Shown here: one piece after another, positions 1 to 9,736 of the stretch
Layout of the letters: each line of letters opens with the position of its first letter
Position numbering within the stretch: position 1 is the stretch's first letter
Source: Bugula neritina
Lineage: Eukaryota; Animalia; Bryozoa
Length of the DNA: 17,624 nucleotides
Reading direction: 5' to 3'
NCBI GenBank assembly: GCA_964035545.1
Contig: CAXIUT010000238.1
Span: 1 to 17,624 of the forward strand
Notes under the pieces: generated by a model
What the model was told of the DNA's origin: nothing
The model's database searches: none
Seen by the model: only the letters and a program-made list of their open reading frames with translations
Translations under genes and position numbers: made by a program

Positions 1-87
1 CCCAACCCCAACCCCAACCCCAACCCCAACCCCAACCCCAACCCCAACCCCAACCCCAACCCCAACCCCAACCCCAACCCCAACCCC
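1..87. repeat. Left telomere, (CCCCAA)n
   Basis: Perfect tandem C4A2 hexamers from base 1 to 87, C-rich strand 5', followed abruptly by AT-rich unique sequence. C4A2 is the Tetrahymena-type ciliate repeat. Confidence 0.99.
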
Positions 88-144
88 TTAAGATAAATAC
101 TAACTTTTTAATTAATCAATATAACCATAAGATATTTATCTACT

Positions 145-1436
145 ATGTAAGACAAACCTAAGCAGTGGAAAAGAAAAATCGAAGGAAATAAAACATTGGC
201 CTCAGTCAAAAATCCTCTCAGAAATTTCATTTAAAAAGAATTGCCATCTATTGACCTCTCTAAATTTCCTGATAGACCCAAATAATCAGTTAATCTATCC
301 ATTGGTGACCCATCAGCTTCACCAGAATTCAGGTATTTCCACTAAAATCAAGAACTCACAAAGATAACCTCGAACATATCTCAGCCTGTGTAGGAAAAAA
401 CGATGGATACACTGAGTTTACAGGTATGCCAAGTGCCAGACAAGCAGTGGTGGATAAATTCAAAGTTGATGGCTATAGTCTAAGCAAAGATGATGTTTAC
501 TTAACAGCTGGCGGAAGTATGGCAATGTGGTCAGTCATAAATCTGCTTGCCCAAGATGGAGATAACTTTCTCTTTCCTTCTCCAGGATTTCCTCTTTCTC
601 TTACAATTGCTAAAAGTCTAGGATTGGAACCAAGATTCTATCATTTGCAGCCAGATAAACACTGGGAAGCCAATATAGAAGAAATGTAGAAACTAATCGA
701 CGCTAAAACTAAATTTATTCTCATTAATGACCCTTCGAATCCATTGGGATCAGTTTGGTCGGTAGAACACAAAAGATAAATAATTTAACTTGCTATTAGA
801 AGGAAAATTCCTTTGTTAGCAGATTAAATTTATGAGGAAATGAGCTATGAAACTAAACCTTCAACTTTTGCTGAACTAGTTAAACCAGAAGAAGCTGATA
901 AAGTTACAATATTCAAATGCTCAGGACTGACAAAAAGATTTTTAGCTCCTGGATGGCGTATGGGTTGGATCATACTCTACGCAGGCAAACAAGCCCAATA
1001 ATTCTATCATAATAAACTCCAAGGAATCTTTAATGTGATTCTGATGGCCACCAGTATTATGCAAGTAGCTCTTCCTTAAATTTTAAACAACCCAAACAAT
1101 CATGAAAAAATGATTTCAAGGCTAGACATGATGAAACAAAACGAATAGGATATCAAGAAATCTCTTCAGGAAGAAAAATATTGCACGGTTGGACATTCTT
1201 CAGGAGCTATGTACGCTACGATCATTATTAAACTTGATCAGTTCAAAGGAATCGATAATATGATCGAATTCGCCAAAATGCTTTTCGCATAGTAGAACGT
1301 TATGATCTTTCCTGGAGATTTTTTTGTATCAGAAAATACTTTTATCAGACTGGTCATTAGTTGTTCTCTCCCTAAGATAGAATAGTTTTTGGCTAGATTT
1401 AAACGTTTCTGTCGAAGACATCTCAAAGAAATCTGA
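145..1436 (+). CDS. TAT: Tyrosine aminotransferase (PLP-dependent class I aminotransferase), 423 aa; exons 145-332 and 353-1436
   Basis: Read with TAR=Glu: NPLRNF, NLSIGDP, DGY..TGMPSARQAV, DVYLTAGGS, PSPGFP, INDPSNPLGSV, LLADEIYEEM, SGLTKRFLAPGWRMGW (PLP lysine), GAMY, EENVMIFPG. Removing a 20-nt intron at 333-352 (GTATTTCCACTAAAATCAAG) restores the frame. Stop is TGA at 1434-1436. Confidence 0.93.
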
Positions 1437-1629
1437 TCTATATTCAGTTATCTTATTACTTATTTTTTCTACCTAAAAATCGGTTACATTATAACATATA
1501 TTTTCCAAAAAAAAAATAACTCACTGAATTTAAAAGCCCTTTTTGATTTAAGAGCTACATTCTTCAATTATACTTCTGAAGAGAGGTTCAACAAAATAGA
1601 TTGTTTTAATGATAAAAACTGTACTTCAA

Positions 1630-2082
1630 TCATAAGTTAATTCCTTGACTAATTTGCGAAACGGCCATGAGTCGATGAATAGGAGACTCCTCTCTTCTAC
1701 TTTCTTTAGAAGACTCTCTACCTGTATCAGTTCGAGGTTCACTCATTGCTTTAGATTATCTTGGTTGAGGTTATTTTTGCTTGATTGTTTTATTATTGTC
1801 CATGCTGATTCCTGTCAAATTGTTTTATTTATGGTAGTCTTTCTCTACTTTTTGACGGTTATTGAGAAGAATGAGAACCTTTGTTGGTTGAAGTGACACT
1901 TATTCATTTTGTTTTTTATCATATTTTTTCACCTATTTGATGGGTTTGATGCAACTTTGTCTTCTATTCGATGGCGAAACTACTTCAATAAACTTCTTCT
2001 TTCCCCTTTCTGTTTTCTCAAAAGTACTATTATCTTGATTTGATTAGTTGGTAGGATTGGTACAAGCTGTAATGATAAACAT
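1630..2082 (-). CDS. Hypothetical hydrophilic K/E/S-rich protein, about 150 aa
   Basis: ATG at 2082 to TGA at 1630, open under code 30 (MFIITACTNPTNESNQDNSTFEKTERGKKKFIEVVSPSNRRQS...). It fills the gap between TAT and GCP2. No motif was recognised and the boundaries are uncertain. Confidence 0.5.
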
Positions 2083-2170
2083 TTAAAAATTGATATATAC
2101 TTATAGGCTATGACTATTATAGTTTTACTTAAATAGATTTGATAAGAACAACAAATAACCACCCACAAAA

Positions 2171-4512
2171 TCAATAAATTTATCTTTTCCATCCTTTCCT
2201 AATAAAGTTCTCTTAATCTAAAATCTAACTAAGCCGTAAAAGATGATTTTCCTCCTTCTTAGTACTACATAAATAAACATAATACCAAAGATTGATTTAT
2301 CGGATAAATGAATGCAAACCTTCCTGGAATGCTTCGGCAGATTTGCCAAGAAATTCAAGATAGCTATCTTCTTCGATCAGATCTTTTATTGTGTTACGAA
2401 GATATCGATTATACTATTTTAGTTGTCTTGAATTGGTCGGTTTATTTTGCTATATATATTAGGATATACTTTGATTGTATTGTATTCATCTTCTACCTTA
2501 CCCAGATAGCTTTTCAATTGAATGTAGTTGTAGATTGTACTGCCGATGTCAGAAGTTAACAAAGGTAGCAATTTAGCATTCGTTAGTAATGATTCTTTGA
2601 GACAGTTATTTAAGAAAAGATCATGATATTGTATAATTTACTAGAAGTTATGAGCTTTTTTGAGATCGCTTGACAACTTGAACCAATTTTGTTCGATAAC
2701 TTCTTCAGTAAAATAATAGATCAATCTTTTGACAAAAGTAAGTATTTTATGATTGAGAGTGTAGGCTATTTTGAAGCATTACATATCACCCATTTATTTC
2801 ATAGATTGTAGCATGGCCCAACATGATTCTAACTGTCTTTATAAAAATTTACACCATAGTAATAATCTGAATATGGTTTGATATTTTGAGATAGTTTTTT
2901 TATTTAGTATGAGATTTAAAGGAAATTAGCATTTGAAATCTAGTGTTATATAATCGATATATTTTGAATCTTTTTTTAAAAATGGTTTTTATGAAAAATT
3001 GAATTAAAATATCTAAGATTATAGGGTTTTTATTCTATGGATTTGTTAGAATACTGTCATTGTATCTAAACGACAACTTATTTATTATTTGCAGCAGTCA
3101 TTTGATGCAGAACTTGTGCGGACTGTTAACTAGAATAGATTTTGTAGTTTTTATACCGAAAATAGACGATTTCTGCCGTCTACTTTTGATTTCTTTTGGG
3201 TCATGAGATCATCATCAGCTGCTAGTAAAAAATATGAAATAAGATCGCCAAATTTCAAGAAATAGTATCCTTTCAAAGAGGCCAATACATCAACTAATTT
3301 ACATTACTAAAAGATCAAAGTTAGGAGATGTTGATTAGCCCAATGATATGCTTTCAAGATAGGTTAAGTAAAATTTTGACGATTGATATGATATTCAATA
3401 TTATTTTGGATATCTTTATTAAATGGACAATTAATCTATCTATTACATGCCTTCAATATATTGATATATTTTCCTGTTATCAATATCTTCTCTTGATCCT
3501 TTTCCAGTAGTGATGGAGTGTGTTAGATCTTCAAATGATATTTCTACTACCAGTTAGTCCACTACCCTTAGGCTTTTTCTTCAACTTTTATCATAAATTA
3601 TTAGTATTTATCTTCAACTACTCCCTAGTATATCCATTTAGACAGCATACCGATATACAATTCGATTAATTTTTAGTATAATTGTTTGTATACGTTAAGG
3701 ACGAATGCATCAGTAGTATTATTAATCAATTTTTGAAGACATGTTATCAATTGCCCTGAATGTAAATTTTTTGAAGCATTTATTAACTATGTTAAAGCCC
3801 GCATAATTTTCAAAGAATCTTGGATGTAGACCCACATGTTCTGAAGAGATAATCCCTGTTATGCCCTCTAATCTAGCTGAGTAATTTAATAGTAGTACTG
3901 ACTGACAATTCTTCTCAATCCGTCGCAAAGAGCACCAATGATGATTCCCTTGCCGAATTATAAAGATTTGATAAAAGTCATCAATTTCTAATAATGAGAA
4001 GTAATTTCTAATATTCTATAAGTTAGTTGAGAGAGGGCAATGTTACAACTTGGACTGTTGAGGTGAGGTTCGATAGCAAAGAATGAGTCTCCAGGTTTTC
4101 TTTTGATGTATACTCCTTCATAGCCCATGCTAACATCTAATATATCTTCGATAAGCAAAGATTATTGTAGATCAGGTGAATTTATCCTTAAACTTTGACG
4201 ACTACCAGCCATACTTTAAATTTGATGTTCTTTTGATACGAATTTACTAAAAGTAGGTCTTTTGTATAACCATTATGGCAATTGAACGGAATTGGCAAGT
4301 TGAATATTCCATACTGATCGCTAGCTATCCATTTCCATGTTGGTCTAACATTGGTAACTCGAGTGATGAGTTGTAAGATATGCTCCATTGTATGCTTTCA
4401 AGACGATAGAATCAAAGGGAGTCAATGGTTTTTTACTTGAAGTTTATAATATTTTTTGAGATGACAGATATGAAACAGTCCAGGTGGCTGATTTGAATAG
4501 CATTTTATTCAT
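2171..4512 (-). CDS. TUBGCP2: Gamma-tubulin complex component 2 (GCP2/Spc97 family)
   Basis: Continuous frame from 4512 to 2470 containing LQESLLIEDILDVSMGYEGVYIK, LSLQNMWVYIQ, MLSKWIYEGVVEDKYEEFMI, KILITGKYINILKAC, SLKGYYFLKFGD, FELTVRTSSASND, ITLDFKCEFPLNLILNKKTISKYQTIFRLLLWCKFLERQL, EEVIEQNW and HDLFLNNCLKESLL (GRIP1/GRIP2 motifs, GCP2-like). Predicted introns are 2450-2469 (20 nt) and possibly 2265-2285 (21 nt, in frame). The 3' end is less certain. Confidence 0.9.
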
Positions 4513-4541
4513 TTATTAATTGAGAGATCTTTTATCAAATT

Positions 4542-4876
4542 TCAGTTATCCTTTTAATGTACTAGTTAAAAATTATTCACTCGAATGGGTACTAAATAAA
4601 TATTGTACTACTTATTGATTAAATAGATTTGTGTCCCTTACGTGAGTAGAACTTATTTATTGGTGTTATCTTTTGGTATTATTTTAAGTTTCAAAGCGAT
4701 GTCGATTGGTTGGTTGGGTTTGATGTTTGTGTGGATGGATGGAGGTGGGAATGTGGATGCTAGGGTTTGAGTCAGATGTTTGAAACCTATGTGTTTTTGG
4801 GTGTATTTGCTTTTTATTGTAATTTCGCTTTATAGAGATAGAGGTACCTTCCGTAGGGGAGTTAGAGGTGCTGCAT
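4542..4876 (-). CDS. Small hypothetical protein, 104 aa, weakly MSP/PapD-like beta-sandwich
   Basis: ATG at 4876, a 20-nt GTA..AG intron at 4828-4847 and TGA at 4542 give an exact 105-codon model: MQHLELPYGSEITIKSKYTQKHIGFKHLTQTLASTFPPPSIHTNIKPNQPIDIALKLKIIPKD... The ITIK..HIGFK and IKPNQPIDI spacing recalls MSP domains, by eye only. Confidence 0.55.
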
Positions 4877-5059
4877 TATTTGAATTTTTTATATTAAAAA
4901 TTTGGTATTTATGTTAATTCAAATCTAAAGGTATTAAAGAATAATAATCAATAAATAATGAAATATAAATGATAATATTATTTTGACTATTAAGCTTCAT
5001 TAATGAAAATTATAAACTATTTGATAGATAAGATATGATATTATAACTTATTCGATAAA

Positions 5060-5820
5060 ATGAAAATATCCTTCTTAGTAGCTATCTTTCTACTTTTAAT
5101 CGTATCAGCTAATTCACTAAGATTGCGTATTTTCATTTGTATTTAGAACCAAGTGAAGCACATTAACATTGGCATGATTAGCCTTGGCACGAGCATCATC
5201 ATGAAGATAATTAGCCTTGGCATAGATATTGGAACAGGCATTGGCATAGAAATGAAGATAATTAGCCTTGGCATTAATAGTGGCATAGACACTGGCATTA
5301 AAATTAAGATGAGTAGCCTTGGCACTAATATTGGCATTTTTACTGGATTTAGCATAGAAATGAAAATTAATCTTGGTATTAATTTTGGAATAGGTTTTGG
5401 AAATAACATAGAAATTAAGGTTAATCTTGGCACCAATATTGGCAAAGATATTGGAACTAAATTAAAAATAAAGATCATTCAACTTTACATAAAGAACTTT
5501 CCTCAAGAAGAAATCCTACAAAGAAAAATTAAATCGAAAAAGAATCCTAATCTAATATTTAAAAAGCTGAATCTACTTTATTGGAAAGAGTGGAAAAAGA
5601 TATAAAACAGTTGAATAAACTTGAAAAATTAATTAAATAAAACGATCAAAAAAAGAAACTTTCAGATCAGTCTGTCCTCAGAGATACTCCCTAGAAGAAT
5701 AAAATCAAAGTTTCAGATCAACCAGTCCTAAGAGATAATTCTTAAAACAATAAAACTAAGCTTTTTATTCCTATTATTCATAATTCAAAAGTATTTTCTG
5801 TTCCAAACAAGAAGAGTTGA
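5060..5820 (+). CDS. Secreted Trp/His/Glu-rich repeat protein, 246 aa; exons 5060-5126 and 5147-5820
   Basis: Signal peptide MKISFLVAIFLLLIVSANS, 20-nt intron at 5127-5146, then HEHWHDEPWHEHHHEDN-EPWHRYWNRHWHRNEDN-EPWHEEWHRHWHENEDE-EPWHEYWHFYWIEHRNEN-ESWYEFWNRFWKEHRNEG-ESWHQYWQRYWNE, a charged coiled-coil-like segment, and TGA at 5818-5820. Confidence 0.85.
5212..5475 (+). repeat. Coding tandem repeat, five degenerate units of 51-54 nt (starts 5212, 5263, 5314, 5368, 5422)
   Basis: Each unit begins TAGCCTTGG or TAATCTTGG and has TGG at codons 3, 7 and 11. A partial unit starts at 5179. Confidence 0.9.
5662..5763 (+). repeat. Two-copy 51-nt coding repeat in the C-terminus of the secreted protein
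   Basis: SDQSVLRDTPEKNKIKV and SDQPVLRDNSENNKTKL, with units starting at 5662 and 5713. Confidence 0.8.
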
Positions 5821-5881
5821 TATCTTCAAGTAAATTTATGAACAAAATTATAAAAAATAAACTTAAATAAAAGATAATTAA

Positions 5882-6376
5882 TCAAGGTTTAGAGTATTTG
5901 TAATTTTCCAGCATTTAAAAAAATATTTTATCTCCATTTTATTACTCTTACGATGAACTCTCAATCTTTTACAATATCTTTTGCCCTCCCATTTTCTTCT
6001 TATTTATCTCTTTTCCACTACTCTCTACTCGTACAGTAGTTGAAGGTTCTTCTCGATACTATTCACCTGAATTATCGCTAATAAAAGTTTTATTAGTTAT
6101 TTGTATTTTAGGTACATTTCTTTTCTTCTTATTTTTTTATTCTTCTTTACTTTTAGGTCTGACAACTAAGTATGTAACTGATGCAACTGCGATAATAAGG
6201 ATAACTGTTTTATTCTAATTATAGAATTCTTTTGATTTGTCGATGATAGGTTATGCTTTTTAAAGGGCTGTATCTATGTGAGGTTTAGTGAACTATTTTA
6301 TGTAGGCGAATAGAGTGAGAGTATTTGATGAGATAAATTTATATGCTTTCATTAAGTTTGACTATTCATTGATCAT
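5882..6376 (-). CDS. Hypothetical single-pass membrane protein, 164 aa
   Basis: Intronless, ATG at 6376 to TGA at 5882. One hydrophobic stretch TVILIIAVASVTYLVV is followed by the basic segment RPKSKEEEKNKKKR, and the tail is acidic (SSSEEEENGDKIFFEMLENYKYSKP). Confidence 0.7.
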
Positions 6377-6537
6377 TTGCTTATATTTTTTATTTTAGAT
6401 TAGAAATCTTAAGGCTAATATGCAACTACAAGTATCAAAATTTTGATAAAAATTCTAATTATGGACCATTATGATAGTATTTTGAAGAGATTGTAGTTTA
6501 TAAGTATGATTAGCTTTACTTTTTAAATTATATTTAA

Positions 6538-6810
6538 ATGGACTTTTCAAAACATTCAGAAGGAACGACTTCCGTTAAGGTACATCATCAACCTGGAGGG
6601 AAAAGCAACTTCTCTATTGGATGGGATAACAATGAACCAGCTCCCAAGAAGACCAACAACACCCAACCAGCCGTTGAACCAACAGCTCCTCAATCTAAAC
6701 CCAACAACATCGCAGGATTAGCACAAAAAAAAGAAGAAGAAGCACCCAACAAGACTTCAGTAAAGGTACATAATCCTCCAGGAGGAAAATCAAACTTTAC
6801 CCTTGGCTGA
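6538..6810 (+). CDS. Jupiter/HN1/SPIRAL1-like small microtubule-associated protein, 90 aa
   Basis: Two PGG motifs, TSVKVHHQPGGKSNFSIG and TSVKVHNPPGGKSNFTLG, joined by a low-complexity linker. This matches the S-x-[KR]-V-x-x-x-PGG-x-S-x-F/L motif of HN1/Jupiter and SPIRAL1. It ends in TGA and contains no TAR codons. Confidence 0.85.
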   Translation: MDFSKHSEGTTSVKVHHQPGGKSNFSIGWDNNEPAPKKTNNTQPAVEPTAPQSKPNNIAGLAQKKEEEAPNKTSVKVHNPPGGKSNFTLG

Positions 6811-7020
6811 TAATGATCTCATTAATCACTTCAAATGGTTAACTTCTTTTACTCAAATTAATTTTTTTGAACATGCAAGTGAAAAGATATTTTTCTTCTT
6901 AGAAATTTCAATAAAACAAAAGACTTTTATCATTTTATCTTAAGAAAACGATGAAAAAATAATTAAAAGTGTTATTTAAGTACTTAATCATAAATAGATA
7001 AAGATCTTAAAAACAAGAAC

Positions 7021-7944
7021 TCACGACTATAATTTTTTATTCTTTTCTAAATTTTAACTATTCATTATGATAGGACTAATTTTTTTAGCTCTTCTCGCCA
7101 TAAGATCATTCTCTCCTCTGATAGGTGAGGACTTTAGTAGTACTTATTGTTTCTTCATTTCTTAGTTATCATCGATTAGACTACGAGGCTGTGCTTCTTT
7201 AATTCCATTATCTTGGAACCAATCAATAATACTTCCAATTTTTTCAAACTAACAAAGATCTTCTTTCCTGGCTTAAGGAGTGGTAGCTACAGCTTCAGAA
7301 TTGTCACTAATTGGAAAACTTGCCTCAGCTACAATACTCCATTTTTTATCAATTTTGCTATCAAAATGAGTTTACATTTAATATTTTATTTTATGTCCTA
7401 TATCAATATGAATTTAGACTCAATATAAAGATCACATATAGTATTTTCTACCTCTTGATGCATCATATTCGTTCTGACATCTTGCCTCTATCAACTAAAT
7501 TTCTAATTCCTATATCCTCTTTCTTAACTATTTATCATTTTTCTGGTAATGTCCTAACATTTTTTACAACCTCATTGCTATTTTATCATATTTAGACGAT
7601 TTCTCCTCTGCTAGAGGCATCATCTATTCTTCACATAACAAATCAGTCTCTAGAGTTTGATTTCTTTTGATTGGTTTTTTAATCTGTCTGATCTATTTTT
7701 AAAAAAGATCAAGAGTCTCATTGCACTCAAGATCTAAAGGATCAGAACAATATCTATTCAGTCGAGGTTGAGTAACTTATCCACTAATATCTTGTTTTTG
7801 ATATTTAGATTTTTTAGTTCGAACGTAAGATGATTCATAATAACCAATATTAGTTTTATGAGGACTAAGACCAGCAGTGTTTTAGTTGAGTAGCCAGTCA
7901 CTAGGGATGTTTTCTTTACCAATTGGACTTTTATTCTTAAACAT
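7021..7944 (-). CDS. Hypothetical coiled-coil protein(s): either one gene with a 54-nt intron (7398-7451) or two in-frame genes (7944-7432 and 7377-7021)
   Basis: A single reading frame from ATG 7944 to TGA 7021 is interrupted only by two TGA codons near 7420-7434, which lie inside a GTAGAA..ATATAG segment. KELRKRIEELEIELIEAR is coiled-coil-like. No family was recognised. Confidence 0.55.
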
Positions 7945-8093
7945 GACTGTTACTATTATAACTAATCAAATCATAGCAAGTCAAAAATAAACAAACAACT
8001 GAAAAAAATAAATAAATTTAATATTTAGGGAGATTTAGGTATTAAGGTAGTTTAATAAAGAAAATGATGGAAAATAGATGGTAGATTGATGGT

Positions 8094-8098
8094 AAAAA
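8094..8098 (-). terminator. RNA polymerase III terminator (T5) of the tRNA gene
   Basis: TTTTT immediately follows the discriminator base on the minus strand. Confidence 0.75.
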
Positions 8099-8168
8099 TG
8101 CTACGACCGGGAATCGAACCCGGGTCAGAGCGATGGCATCGCTCTATGCTACCACTACCCATCGTAGC
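8099..8168 (-). tRNA. tRNA-Gly(GCC), 70 nt, D-stem one base short
   Basis: GCTACGA TG GGT AGTGGTA GCAT A GAGCG ATGCCAT CGCTC TGAC CCGGG TTCGATT CCCGG TCGTAGC A. It has a perfect 7-bp acceptor stem, a canonical T arm/B box and a GCC anticodon. Confidence 0.9.
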
Positions 8169-8563
8169 CGATATAAAAAATATCGTATCATCTTGAAGTA
8201 ATTTAAATTCTTGACTAAATCTTTTTTTAAACAAAATTTTCTTTTTAAAAAAAGTTAAAAAATAATATTAAAAATCAATAAAATTGAACTAAATAGACAA
8301 TTGATTCAATATTAAATAAAAAATATGATATCTATGTCCAAAAAACCTCTATTTTTATTTTTACTTTCTTTTTGTTAAAAAATAATTTTACCTAACTATG
8401 ACAACTAAGGAAGTTTTGATGGGTTTCTTGTTGTTGTTGAGTTGATTGTTGAGAATTATTTATCAAGGCATGAGTGACTGACTGATTTATGTAGTTTATT
8501 TGTGCGCTTATATCCAATTTTAAAAAGTTAGCAATCATTAAAATTCTATATTTAATAATTGAT

Positions 8564-9670
8564 ATGGAACAACCGCGAACAACCAAATATTTCAATACTT
8601 AGAGTCAAAATGAATCAAAAAAAAGAACTCTACCCATAGTTTAAGACTCTGATTATGAATAGCCAACTCCTGTTAAAAAATTAGCCCAAACATTCGAAAA
8701 CTCAATAGGTTTTTCAGACAAAGATTACTCCCATACAAGACCTTTCAACATATCTAACGACCACTAACCGCTTATCCCACCTGAAAGACCTCTACCCTTC
8801 AACTAAAACCTTCAATCTAGACGATCAACTCTTCCCAATCCTCCCGAAGGTAATCTAGATAGATACAAATCTCTATTGCCTATTTATCTGGCCAAACGTC
8901 TGAATCCTTCATATGAAGCATTGATAAAGGTGGCAGATATAACAGATAAGATACTATTCAAATTGAAATAGTTTTCATGGATGTAGGCTTTATCCAATAT
9001 TGAACTATCTATTGCAGAAAGAATGGATATTGATAATATCTAAGGAATTTTGAGGAAGATCAATTTTATAGTACCCGGATCTTATAAATTTTATAGAGAT
9101 CCTCTTAAAAATATGGTTGTTGGGTTTTCATATGGGTTCTAAAAATTATAAATGAGGAAGTATCTGCTTAGAAAGAAATTGTATTAATATGCATTGAGTT
9201 TTACTGAAGGATTTAAAGAAATCAATAAAATAGATGAGATTATACCTTAAAGAAGAGATTAGGTAAGAAAGACAGCTATATTTTTCAACAAAAAATCAAA
9301 AAAACATCAAAATACATAAAACAACCACAAACAATTTATAAAAGAGCTATAGCAAGAAATCCAAGACAAGTAGACAACTTTGATGTAAAAAGATCAATAA
9401 ATGCAAGACTATCTTTCCCATTAAGATATTCATAAATTCATTCTCCAGCTCGAATAGTTATTCCTTAAATACAAAGTAAAAAGCATATACAAGATGAACT
9501 TAATCGACAGTTTTGTAAATAAAAACTACTAGACATCCACAATAACAACTCTTCTCTCAAAAATAGAACAAACTGGTAGATATCTATATGCTAGCAGATC
9601 ATCGAACAATTCTATCATTTACACTTTGAAATAGAATTAGAAATAAATAGTTGTGCAAAGATTGACTTGA
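8564..9670 (+). CDS. CDT1: Cdt1-like DNA replication licensing factor, 368 aa, intronless
   Basis: The N-terminus MEQPRTTKYF resembles the Cdt1 PIP box (human MEQRRVTDFF) and is followed by a CDK site TPVKK. The middle block LNPSYEALIKVADITDKIL...KINFIVPGSYKF...KLEMRKYLLRKKLYEYA parallels the first winged helix (LPYKYQVL..MDTIV..QIKTVYPASYRF..LLQRRQIFSQKL). The C-terminal IHKFILQLEELFLKYKVKSIYKMNLIDSF parallels the MCM-binding winged helix. Similarity is by eye. Confidence 0.65.
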
Positions 9671-9736
9671 TTTGAGTATTGTTATTTCCATTACTAATAT
9701 CAACTATTAATTACAATTGATATTTATTAATTACCA

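Noticed and set aside
426-689. 87-aa ORF suggesting a truncated or pseudogenised aminotransferase
   Set aside because: The TAG at 687-689 is Glu, and the gene is full length (145-1436).
5212-5475. Regularly spaced repeats resembling a CRISPR array
   Set aside because: The units are degenerate, codon-phased tandem repeats without unique spacers, there are no cas genes, and the context is eukaryotic.
5143-5605. Supplied ORFs 5153-5605 (+, Ile/Gly-rich) and 5143-5478 (-, Met/Pro/Ile-rich)
   Set aside because: These are shadow frames of the Trp/His repeat. The frame joined to the signal peptide by a 20-nt intron is the credible one.
8099-8168. Possible TAR-decoding suppressor tRNA-Glu
   Set aside because: The anticodon is GCC and the body is Gly-like.
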